A stretch of 64,000 bases of DNA from Lentimicrobiaceae bacterium (GTDB taxonomy: Bacteria > Bacteroidota > Bacteroidia > Bacteroidales > JAAYJT01), in the NCBI GenBank assembly GCA_037446395.1, contig JBBIIP010000002.1:53074-117073 (forward strand). The letters are read 5' to 3'. Below are positions 21,007-29,817 of this stretch, piece after piece. The translations under genes were made by a program, and so were the position numbers. Each line of letters starts with the position of its first letter. Position 1 is the stretch's first letter. Below the pieces are notes generated by a model. That model was not told the origin of the DNA, did no database searches, and saw nothing but the letters and a program-made list of their open reading frames with translations.

Positions 21007-22513
21007 GCATCAGCCTGAATGTTGTTCCTTTTCCGATTGTGGATGACTTGATAAATATTTTGCCGCGGTGATAATCTTCGATGATGCGCCGGGCAAGCGA
21101 CAATCCCAAACCCCAACCACGTTTTTTACTGGTATAGCCCGGTTTGAAAACCGACTCGAACATTGATTTGGGCATGCCTTTTCCTGTGTCGCTAAAATCA
21201 ATGATAAGATACCGGCCCTCCTCGGAGAGAACAATGTCTATTTTCCCTTTGCCTGCAAGCGCATCTGATGCATTTTTCCATAGGTTCTCAATGACCCATT
21301 CAAACAATTGCCGGTTCAATGGAACCATAACTTCCTGGCAATCTCCGCCATGTAGCGTTGGAGTGATTTTTTTTGATGTGCGCGGTTCAAGGTATTTAAG
21401 GGCATTTTGTATCACTGCATAAATATTCTCTGGTTGCAAAACCGCTGCCGATCCGATCTTCGAAAATCTTTCTGTCACTGTCTGAAGGCGCTCAATGTCT
21501 TTTTCCATTTCAATAGTGATTGACTGATCGGTTCCATTAATCTTTAATAATTCAATCCAGGCCATAATGGCCGAAATGGGCGTGCCAAGCTGATGTGCCG
21601 TTTCTTTAGCTAATCCAACCCACACCTGGTTTTGCTCCGACTTACGCGCTGTACTGAAAAGCAGATACGCAATAAATAAAAACACAGCAATAATACCGAA
21701 CTGGAAGAATGGATAATACCGCAGTTGCATCAGAAGGTATGAACTTTTGTAATATATGTATCTCTTTCCCTGGTTAGCCAGGACGATTTCGATGGGATCA
21801 TTTTCGCTGGACATTTCTCTGATGAGTTTTTGAATTGCCAGGCTATCGCGAATCGTCTGTTCATTGATGTTTCCATGCGCAATAATATTCACCAGGGTGC
21901 TGTCGGTAATGATTACCGGAACAGATACTGAATTGCTTACAACCTCAGTGATAAAGGAATCAATCAGGTCATCAAGGTACGATTTTAATTGAGTAAAGAT
22001 GTGAGAGTCTCTGTAATAAGCATAGAGATTTTCGGTTTTATAATAACGGATTACCACAGGGTCGTATTGATAAAAATCTCGCCTGAGTTCTCCATCGAAC
22101 ATTTCGTAGGAAGAGATGTCTTGCCCTATGTTGGCACTTGCAACGATCTCATTATCAGAGTTTGTAATGATTACAGGAATGGTTGTGTTGTCCGAAACAA
22201 TCCGTAGGTAAAAATCAAGCGGCCCTTTGTCTTCAGCGTCTCCCATCCGCCGGTGGGTTTCGGCAAGCAACTCAACCCGTTTGCGCTCTTCGGTCTTCAT
22301 CTGGTCGAAAAGTATCTGGGTATATTGAACCAATTTGGCTCTGTTCTGGATTGCATCTGCCCATATGGTAATATTGCGCCTTTCATCGCGGGCAATTTGA
22401 TCTACCATAATGCTTGAATACCAGAGCGAGAAAAGAACAATGATGAATCCAACCAGCCCCAACAAAAACTTCCAACGTTTTTTTTGCCGATAGATATTTA
22501 ATTTGTTTGACAA
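20996..22513 (-). CDS. Sensor histidine kinase (two TM helices flanking an extracytoplasmic domain)
   Basis: H-box HQLGTPISAI, N-box and G-box (GWGLGLSLARRII). No adjacent response regulator. Confidence 0.85.
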   Translation of the reverse strand: MSNKLNIYRQKKRWKFLLGLVGFIIVLFSLWYSSIMVDQIARDERRNITIWADAIQNRAKLVQYTQILFDQMKTEERKRVELLAETHRRMGDAEDKGPLDFYLRIVSDNTTIPVIITNSDNEIVASANIGQDISSYEMFDGELRRDFYQYDPVVIRYYKTENLYAYYRDSHIFTQLKSYLDDLIDSFITEVVSNSVSVPVIITDSTLVNIIAHGNINEQTIRDSLAIQKLIREMSSENDPIEIVLANQGKRYIYYKSSYLLMQLRYYPFFQFGIIAVFLFIAYLLFSTARKSEQNQVWVGLAKETAHQLGTPISAIMAWIELLKINGTDQSITIEMEKDIERLQTVTERFSKIGSAAVLQPENIYAVIQNALKYLEPRTSKKITPTLHGGDCQEVMVPLNRQLFEWVIENLWKNASDALAGKGKIDIVLSEEGRYLIIDFSDTGKGMPKSMFESVFKPGYTSKKRGWGLGLSLARRIIEDYHRGKIFIKSSTIGKGTTFRLMLRK

Positions 22514-22741
22514 GGACGATACCGATTTAATAGGTGATGCATTAAAAAACTTCTGACAGATTCAATGAGGTCATCCAGAATAAAACGCAATGTAATTATC
22601 AAAAATACACAAACTATTAGATGCAACTCTTTTTTAATGAACAGAGGTATTCAGTAGAACAGAAATTCCATGAAATTCGCTGCTGCACTTTCCGATCTAT
22701 TAGTTCCAGCAGGGTGATTTATTGGATGTTAAATATTCCGG

Positions 22742-23821
22742 TTATTTGTATTCAAGAATATCTGCGGTGCCGGTTAATACCATCATGCCATTGGCTGCCA
22801 GCGAATCCAGATCGTTCACAACCGGATAAACATTAATTTTTGCCAGATGCTCGATACGGCGGATTACTTCGTGGGCAAAGATGCGGTTGCTGAAAAAATT
22901 TCCTGTGAGCAAAATTGCGTCCACTTTGCCTTCGAGAACAGCGGTCATGGCGCCAATTTCTTTAGCAACCTGGTAGGCCATGGCTTTTACGTAAAACGTT
23001 GTTTTTTCGTCTCCGGCAGCCAGGTTCGTTTCAATTTGGCGCAGGCTACTGGTTCCCAGGTAGGCCGACAAACCACCTGATTCGGAAACCAAGGCGATCA
23101 TTTCCTGATGGGTGTATTTGCCGCTAAAACATAAATCTATCAATCCGCCCACGGGCAGCGACCCGGTGCGTGTGAAACTGAAAGGCCCATCGCCTTTATA
23201 AGCCTGGTTTACATCAACGACTTTTCCTTTTTGGTGTGCCCCCACCGAAATTCCGCCACCACCCACATGGGCAACCACAAGCTGAAGGTCGTTATAGCTT
23301 TTTGCGGTGCTTTTAGCATAAGCACGTGCACAATACTTATGATTCAGGGCATGAAAAACAGATTTTCTTTCAATCAAAGGATGGCCACTGATTCGTGCCA
23401 TATCCGATAGTTCATCCACCACCACAGGGTCTCCAAGATAGGCTTTGGCATTTGGAAGCCGTTTTGCAATTTCATCGGCAATCAACCCACCTAAATTGAT
23501 TGCATGCTTCCCAAGAATTCCTTTCCTAAGGTCTTCTTTCATCCGGTCATTCACTTCATATACTCCGCTATGCATTGGTTTAATCAGTCCGCCTCGTGCC
23601 ATGACCACCCGGATGGTGTTCGAATCAAAATCATTCGTATCGAGTTCATTTAGTATGCCTGCAACACGCATAGTCAACTGATCCATGACATCGGCAAACT
23701 GAGCCAAAAGATCGGGTTTGTATTTGAGGGTTTTCAAAAAAACCACTTCAGCATTGTGATAAATGGCCATTTTGGTCTGTGTAACCTCAGGATAAATTAC
23801 AAGAATCTTAATGTTTTGCAT
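22742..23821 (-). CDS. buk: Butyrate kinase family protein (divergent ATP-site motifs)
   Basis: Strong Buk signatures (SGHP..ERKSVFHALN, VAHVGGGGISVGAHQKGKVVDVN, GDGPFS..R.GSLP, DLCFSGKY). The N-terminal INPGSTSTK is replaced by IYPEVTQTK, and LTGGLA by LTGNFF. Confidence 0.8.
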   Translation of the reverse strand: MQNIKILVIYPEVTQTKMAIYHNAEVVFLKTLKYKPDLLAQFADVMDQLTMRVAGILNELDTNDFDSNTIRVVMARGGLIKPMHSGVYEVNDRMKEDLRKGILGKHAINLGGLIADEIAKRLPNAKAYLGDPVVVDELSDMARISGHPLIERKSVFHALNHKYCARAYAKSTAKSYNDLQLVVAHVGGGGISVGAHQKGKVVDVNQAYKGDGPFSFTRTGSLPVGGLIDLCFSGKYTHQEMIALVSESGGLSAYLGTSSLRQIETNLAAGDEKTTFYVKAMAYQVAKEIGAMTAVLEGKVDAILLTGNFFSNRIFAHEVIRRIEHLAKINVYPVVNDLDSLAANGMMVLTGTADILEYK

Positions 23822-23854
23822 AAAATCGGCGATAAGATATTAGTAAAAAACGTT

Positions 23855-23862
23855 CAAAATTA
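23855..23862 (-). promoter_or_regulatory. Candidate -7 promoter box (TAATTTTG) upstream of buk
   Basis: The reverse complement of caaaatta is TAATTTTG, 33 nt upstream of ATG 23821. This suggests buk can be transcribed independently of icmF. Confidence 0.3.
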
Positions 23863-23925
23863 ATGAAGTGTTCTGAAAAACAAAAATGAAATTAACACTC
23901 CTTGGGTAATAGATTCAACCATTGT

Positions 23926-26900
23926 TTACATGTTTCTTCGATATTGCCCGCCGACTTCAAACAAGGCTTCGGTGATCTGCCCCAATGAGCAATATTTTGT
24001 TGCACTCATCATGGCTTCGAAAGTATTCAGGTTGTTCATTGCGGCAAACTTCAGCATTGAAAGGCTATGCTGAGCCTCGTTTGAGTTGCGCTGATGAAGT
24101 GCCATCAGTGTCGAAATCTGTTGCTTTTTTTCTTCCTCAGTGGCACGGATAACAGTACCGGGAATAGTTGTGGGGGAGCCAGTGGAGGAGAGAAAAGTAT
24201 TTACTCCCATGATCGGCAACCTGCCATCGTGTTTAAGCTGCTCATAATAAAGCGATTCTTCCTGAATTTTATTGCGCTGGTACATTGTTTCCATGGCCCC
24301 CAACACCCCTCCACGTTCTGTCAGGCGATCAAACTCCTGCAGCACAGCTTCCTCAACCAGGTTGGTCAGGTAGTCAATGATATAAGCCCCTTGGAGCGGA
24401 TTTTGATTTTTGGCCAGCCCCAATTCGTGGTTTATGATCATCTGAATTGCTACGGCCCTGCGCACCGATTCTTCGGAAGGAGTGGTAATGGCTTCGTCGT
24501 AGGCATTGGTATGCAGTGAATTACAGTTATCATAAATTGCGCCAAGCCCTTGCAATGTGGTACGGATATCGTTGAATTCAATCTCCTGGGCGTGGAGCGA
24601 GCGCCCTGATGTTTGGATGTGATACTTCAACTTTTGGGAGCGGTCGGATGCTTTGTAAAGATGCTTCAGGGCTTTGGCCCAGATAAGCCTTGCCACGCGA
24701 CCGATCACTGTATATTCTGCATCCAGCCCGTTCGAAAAGAAAAAAGAAAAATTGGGTGCAAAAAGATCAACATGCATGCCCCTGGAACGATAATATTCAA
24801 GATATGTGAACCCGTTGGCCAGCGTAAAAGCCAATTGTGTAATTGGATTTGCCCCGGCTTCGGCAATGTGATAACCTGAAATGGAAACCGAATAGAAGTT
24901 TCTTACTTTGTTTTGTATAAAATATTCCTGAATATCACCCATCATGCGCAGTGCAAATTCAATTGAGAAAATGCAAGTGTTTTGTGCCTGGTCTTCTTTT
25001 AGGATATCAGCCTGCACAGTTCCGCGCAATATCGAAATCGTTTCCGCTTTAATTTTGTCATACACCTCGCCAGGCAGAACCTGGTCGCCGGTAACGCCGA
25101 GCAGCATCAGGCCAAGTCCATCATTTCCAGATGGAAGAAATCCGTTATAAACAGGGCGCTTGGCCATTTGACCCTCATATATTTCATTGATTTTTTCTTC
25201 AACCTGTTGCGTCAACCCTTGCTCCCGGATATATAGTTCGCATTGCTGATCAATGGCAGCGTTCATAAAAAAGCCCACAAGTGATGGGGCAGGGCCATTG
25301 ATGGTCATCGAAACCGAAGTAGCTTCATGGGCCAGATTGAAGCCTGAATAAAGCTTCTTGACGTCATCGAGACAACATACCGATACTCCAGAGTTTCCAA
25401 TTTTACCATAGATGTCGGGCCTGATATCAGGATTGCGGCCATATAAAGTCACCGAATCGAAAGCCGTGGATAATCGCCTTGCAGGCATTCCCATACTCAG
25501 GTAGTGGAATCGTTTATTGGTACGTTCAGGCGTACCTTCTCCGGCAAACATGCGCGTGGGATCTTCTGCTTCTCGTTTAAACGGAAAAACCCCTGCCGCA
25601 AAAGGAAACTCTCCGGGGACATTTTCTCTTAACTGCCACTTCAGCAGATCGCCCCATCCCGAGTAAGATGGAAGTGCAATTTTGGGTATCCTTGCATGCG
25701 AAAGCGTTTCGTTGGTGGTTTCAACCTGTATCTTTTTGTTTCTTACTGTGTAAGAAAATGTTCTATCAGCATATTTACGCGCTTTATCATTCCATCCTTC
25801 AATTAACCGAAGATTTTCGGGGGTGAGCTTTGACTTAACTTGAGATAAGCTTTGCTCAATGGAATCAAGCAGCTGGCTGTCGGAATTCTTTTCTCCTTTC
25901 AGCATTTTCAGGCTCACATGCAAGGCATAATATTGCTGTGCAATTGCCGATTGTTCTTCGCTCCACTGATTGTAGCCACGAACTGCACTTGAAATATCAG
26001 AAAGATAGCGCACCCTTGCTGCCGGAATTATTGGCGAAGCAATGGATTTCACATCAATTGCCTGAGTTGGCAGAGCAAATGGCTTTGAAGACCGTTGTGT
26101 AATCATCCTCATGAGCTCTATAAACATCCGGTTGATCCCCGGATCGTTGAATCGGGAAGCGATGGTTGGAAATATGGGAAGATCATCGGGAGCGATATCA
26201 AAGAGCAACCTGTTGCGTGTGTATTGTTTGCGTACATGGTTCAGGGCATCGGCGGCGCCTGGTCGGTCGGCTTTGTTCAGCAAAATTATATCGGCAAAAT
26301 CGAGCATGTCAATTTTTTCGAGCTGGATGGGTGCGCCAAATTCGGGAGTCATCACATACATAGCCAGGTTGCTGTGCTCAATTACCTGTGAGTCGCTTTG
26401 ACCAATACCTGAAGTTTCGAACAAAACGAGGTCAAATCCTGCATTTTTTACTACACACAATACATCGGCAATATGTTTCGAAAGCGCAAGATTGGCCTGG
26501 CGTGTGGCCAGCGAGCGCATAAATACATTCGGATGATGTGCTGAATTTATCCTGATCCGGTCCCCCAGCAAAGCCCCTCCTGAGCGTTTGCGGGTAGGGT
26601 CAACCGAAATAATGGCAATATGCTTATCAGGAAAATTCACAAGCAGACGGCGCAAAATTTCGTCAGTAACAGAAGATTTTCCCGACCCACCCGTTCCGGT
26701 AATCCCTACCACCGGCACCTGTGTGTGATTATAATCGCGATTGAATGATGATAATAGCTTTTTGGCAGTTTGAGGAAAATTTTCAATAGACGTTATCAGG
26801 CGGGCAATAGCTCTGGGATTGTCATAGCGAATGTCTTTTGGTTCGATTGCAAGTGTTTGCCCCAAAGGAAAATCAAGTTGTTGCACCATGTCGTTGATCA

Positions 26901-27300
26901 TGCCTTGCAGGCCCATCGCGCGTCCGTCGTCGGGCGAATAGATGCGAGCAATTCCGTAGGTGTGCAATTCTTCGATCTCGTGAGGCAGGATTACTCCACC
27001 GCCTCCTCCAAATATCTTTACATGGTCTCCGCCTCTTTCCTGCAACAAGTCATACATATACTTGAAATATTCCATGTGCCCGCCCTGGTATGACGATATA
27101 GCAATACCCTGCACATCTTCCTGTATGGCACATTCTACAATTTCGTTAACCGAACGGTCGTGCCCTAAATGGATTACTTCCACACCGGTAGCCTGAATGA
27201 TGCGCCGCATGACATTAATGGCAGCATCATGCCCGTCGAACAAAGAGGTTGCTGTAACGATCCGAATGTGGTTTTTAGGTTTATAAGGAATGATTGCCAT
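23926..27300 (-). CDS. icmF: Fused isobutyryl-CoA mutase (B12-binding domain + MeaB-like G-protein + mutase substrate domain)
   Basis: 1124 aa. N-terminal B12-binding domain ([13 protein letters not shown]), central P-loop GTPase ([16 protein letters not shown]) and C-terminal methylmalonyl-CoA-mutase-like TIM barrel. This is the IcmF architecture. Confidence 0.9.
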   Translation of the reverse strand: MAIIPYKPKNHIRIVTATSLFDGHDAAINVMRRIIQATGVEVIHLGHDRSVNEIVECAIQEDVQGIAISSYQGGHMEYFKYMYDLLQERGGDHVKIFGGGGGVILPHEIEELHTYGIARIYSPDDGRAMGLQGMINDMVQQLDFPLGQTLAIEPKDIRYDNPRAIARLITSIENFPQTAKKLLSSFNRDYNHTQVPVVGITGTGGSGKSSVTDEILRRLLVNFPDKHIAIISVDPTRKRSGGALLGDRIRINSAHHPNVFMRSLATRQANLALSKHIADVLCVVKNAGFDLVLFETSGIGQSDSQVIEHSNLAMYVMTPEFGAPIQLEKIDMLDFADIILLNKADRPGAADALNHVRKQYTRNRLLFDIAPDDLPIFPTIASRFNDPGINRMFIELMRMITQRSSKPFALPTQAIDVKSIASPIIPAARVRYLSDISSAVRGYNQWSEEQSAIAQQYYALHVSLKMLKGEKNSDSQLLDSIEQSLSQVKSKLTPENLRLIEGWNDKARKYADRTFSYTVRNKKIQVETTNETLSHARIPKIALPSYSGWGDLLKWQLRENVPGEFPFAAGVFPFKREAEDPTRMFAGEGTPERTNKRFHYLSMGMPARRLSTAFDSVTLYGRNPDIRPDIYGKIGNSGVSVCCLDDVKKLYSGFNLAHEATSVSMTINGPAPSLVGFFMNAAIDQQCELYIREQGLTQQVEEKINEIYEGQMAKRPVYNGFLPSGNDGLGLMLLGVTGDQVLPGEVYDKIKAETISILRGTVQADILKEDQAQNTCIFSIEFALRMMGDIQEYFIQNKVRNFYSVSISGYHIAEAGANPITQLAFTLANGFTYLEYYRSRGMHVDLFAPNFSFFFSNGLDAEYTVIGRVARLIWAKALKHLYKASDRSQKLKYHIQTSGRSLHAQEIEFNDIRTTLQGLGAIYDNCNSLHTNAYDEAITTPSEESVRRAVAIQMIINHELGLAKNQNPLQGAYIIDYLTNLVEEAVLQEFDRLTERGGVLGAMETMYQRNKIQEESLYYEQLKHDGRLPIMGVNTFLSSTGSPTTIPGTVIRATEEEKKQQISTLMALHQRNSNEAQHSLSMLKFAAMNNLNTFEAMMSATKYCSLGQITEALFEVGGQYRRNM

Positions 27301-27555
27301 GATAAGATTATTTGACCAGCCAAATATATAGAAAAACGATGTGATGATGCTCAGTTGTACTATTATATCCAGGTGAAATGCTAGATAAGCCGAAGATTAT
27401 TTTGGGGCTATAGTGGTTGTTTCCGAGAGTTGGCTACCAAAATGGATCAAAGAGCAGTAATGATGAAAATTATTAAGAAATTTGCCGCACTTTTTTATGG
27501 CCAGAGGTTGAAACCAAACCCGAAATTATTTGTTTACTAGAATAAACGCCACTTT

Positions 27556-27789
27556 ATGCAATTACGTTTTAAGTGTTCTGAGTGTAACACCATCTTCGAA
27601 TCCGAAGGGGTTAAAGTTGAATACAATAGCCCCATTTATGGACCTTGCTGGAAATTTATGGGCCAATGTCCGGCATGTGATATGCAAAGCGATGAATATC
27701 GCGATCCCAGCCCGGGCAAAAAATCGGCACCTCAAACTCCATCTGCTTCACCAGGGTGTTGTTGTAGCGGAGGCAGTTGTGGGTTTTAA
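27556..27789 (+). CDS. FmdB-family zinc-ribbon protein with Cys/Gly-rich tail
   Basis: 77 aa. CSEC ... CPAC zinc-ribbon pairs and a C-terminal GCCCSGGSCGF tail, as seen in FmdB/CxxC_CxxC_SSSS small proteins. Confidence 0.6.
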   Translation: MQLRFKCSECNTIFESEGVKVEYNSPIYGPCWKFMGQCPACDMQSDEYRDPSPGKKSAPQTPSASPGCCCSGGSCGF

Positions 27790-27835
27790 CAACTGCTCAT
27801 TCCAAAATCAAACTGATCAGGAAAATAAATTCGGA

Positions 27836-28459
27836 CTATTTTATCAGGCCTAAGCCTTCTGAAGCCGAAGCATCACCAGGTCGGATCAGCAACGCTTTGT
27901 TGAAGAGTGCACGGGCTTCGCGGGGTTTGTTCAGTCTGAAGTTTGTCCAGGCAAACATTTGCACGGCATCATAATCGAAGGGATACATATTGGCGATGCG
28001 CTCAAAATGCTTCAGGGCCGACTGGTAGTCTTCGCGGTTATAGTATATCAATCCCATGCGGTAGTTTGTGAGATAATGATTGGCATCAATTTTTAAAATT
28101 TCCTGGTATCGCTTCACCACCTGGTCCCAATTGCCCATAGCCGATGCTGGCAAAGCAAAACCCAGCCGCGCTTCGATACTGAAAGGCATCAGTTGAATGG
28201 CTTTGTTGTAGTAGGCTGCCGACTCGGTAAATGACCCATGATTATATGTAAGCCAACCCAACCTGACATTAATTTCATAAGAAGTTTGGTTATATTCTTT
28301 TTTTAATATTTCAATTGCACGGGTGTAATCGCCGGCTGTTTCGGATTTATAGCTTGCTGCGAAGGCATCCTGAAGCGCTTTGTTATTTTGTGCCAACAAT
28401 TGTGTGGTAACAAATAAAAAAATCGAACAGGCAAACATTATCTTTCTCAAAGTTTCCAT
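27836..28459 (-). CDS. Secreted tetratricopeptide-repeat protein
   Basis: Signal peptide followed by repeated TPR-like A..Y..A/L...P helices across the whole length. The start overlaps the upstream gene by 13 nt. Confidence 0.7.
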   Translation of the reverse strand: METLRKIMFACSIFLFVTTQLLAQNNKALQDAFAASYKSETAGDYTRAIEILKKEYNQTSYEINVRLGWLTYNHGSFTESAAYYNKAIQLMPFSIEARLGFALPASAMGNWDQVVKRYQEILKIDANHYLTNYRMGLIYYNREDYQSALKHFERIANMYPFDYDAVQMFAWTNFRLNKPREARALFNKALLIRPGDASASEGLGLIK

Positions 28460-29817
28460 TTCAGTCCTCCCATGATATGGTGATTGTTAAATTTAACGAA
28501 ATTCGTTGTATAAGTATTGTTATTCAAATAACTGATGTAGCTATCCTGTTGCCTTACCAGGCTGTAATCGAACTGTAAAGTCATGCTTTTATTAATCAAA
28601 AGATATGCCGTGATTCCGGCTTTGGAGTTAATTGTGCCGCTAGTGTTAAAAAGGATTGAACCGTCATCATCAAACGTATTTTTCAGGTAGCCCCAGGCAT
28701 AATTTCCTTGCAGCCAAATGCCGGGCAGAATTTTGCCTCCTGCTCCAAGCTTATAGTGCCAATTGAATATATGATCTTCGGCCACAGCAGAAAAACGTGC
28801 AAATGTATAAAGATTAAGATTAGCATATGGATAAAGACTCATACCCAAGGCTCCCTGCCACTGATTGTTGTTGTTAAGGTAAGAATGTCCTGCTGCCCCG
28901 CTCAGGCTGAAATAGGGCATTTCTCTAACCAATTTAAGCAATGCAGTGTAATTATATATTGAATATTGAGGCCGGCTCGTGGTGTATTTGTTACTGAGAG
29001 GCACGTATTTCACCACATAAGGCCGGTCATTTATGTTAATCAGGTTAAATGAAGGAATAATATACAACCCGTTGGATATCCTGAAAGGCAGGCTGATGAA
29101 AAGTTGGTGCTGAAAGAGTGTATAATTATTGTCGAGTGTATCTGTTCCTGAAAAAATGATTCGCTGATGCTTGGCAAGTTGCAGGTGAGTGTAGCCCAAA
29201 TACCACCTGTATTGGGTGGCAGGTGAAAGAATAAAGCCTAAGTGCGCATACCGCAGCCTACCGCTTCCACTTATTTCGCCATAGATGTTTGCTGTTTGGT
29301 CCAGATCAATTTGTGCAATCTTTTTTGCAATGCCCGACATTGCACCGCCAGCAAAAACCGAAACTCCTTTAATGTAATTTTTATCGTGGCTGGATTGAAA
29401 GAAATGAGAATATCGTTTTGTGAGCGAGGCGGCTTCAAGGTCAAGCCCGCTCCATTGATAACCTTGGAGCAGATAGTTTGCAGCGTTTTTATCCCTCGAA
29501 TTAAACAAAAGTGCTTTTTCGAAGTGCCCGGCCGCCTTGCGATAGTGTTGTTGCATATAGTATGCAATACCCACCCGCATGCGCATATAAAAATAGTCGT
29601 GCCCCTGGGCAATTGCCTGGTTGCCAATTTTTATGAGGCTTTGCCACTGCCCTTGCAAATAAAGGGAATAGGTGATGCTGTCGGCTGTTTGAAATACCTT
29701 ACCTTTTTGAGCATACATTTCATGTGGCAAAATAATAAGCGTAAGAATCAGCAGATGTGATAACAGGCTGATATGCTTTCGTGAAAGAAACCATTTCAAG
29801 TTTTGTATTACTTTCAC
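28447..29817 (-). CDS. Signal-peptide protein with N-terminal TPRs and a beta-rich C-terminal half (outer-membrane barrel-like)
   Basis: N-terminal TPR-like helices (aa ~45-130). The following ~300 aa have alternating aromatic/polar beta-strand patterns rich in Y/G/N/S, ending ..GGLKWKL. Confidence 0.55.
   Translation of the reverse strand: MKVIQNLKWFLSRKHISLLSHLLILTLIILPHEMYAQKGKVFQTADSITYSLYLQGQWQSLIKIGNQAIAQGHDYFYMRMRVGIAYYMQQHYRKAAGHFEKALLFNSRDKNAANYLLQGYQWSGLDLEAASLTKRYSHFFQSSHDKNYIKGVSVFAGGAMSGIAKKIAQIDLDQTANIYGEISGSGRLRYAHLGFILSPATQYRWYLGYTHLQLAKHQRIIFSGTDTLDNNYTLFQHQLFISLPFRISNGLYIIPSFNLININDRPYVVKYVPLSNKYTTSRPQYSIYNYTALLKLVREMPYFSLSGAAGHSYLNNNNQWQGALGMSLYPYANLNLYTFARFSAVAEDHIFNWHYKLGAGGKILPGIWLQGNYAWGYLKNTFDDDGSILFNTSGTINSKAGITAYLLINKSMTLQFDYSLVRQQDSYISYLNNNTYTTNFVKFNNHHIMGGLKWKL

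Noticed and set aside
24094-27093. Multiple 65-141-aa plus-strand ORFs within icmF
   Set aside because: All are antisense to a continuous 1124-aa ORF with three recognisable domains.
27301-27555. Possible cobalamin riboswitch upstream of the B12-dependent icmF
   Set aside because: I found no B12-box-like GCCACTG core or characteristic paired elements on either strand. A covariance-model scan would settle this.
27790-27835. Imperfect hairpin (ctgat..aaaata / tatttt..atcag) between the convergent FmdB-like and TPR genes
   Set aside because: It is bulged, AT-rich and has no clear T-run, so it is not reported as a terminator.
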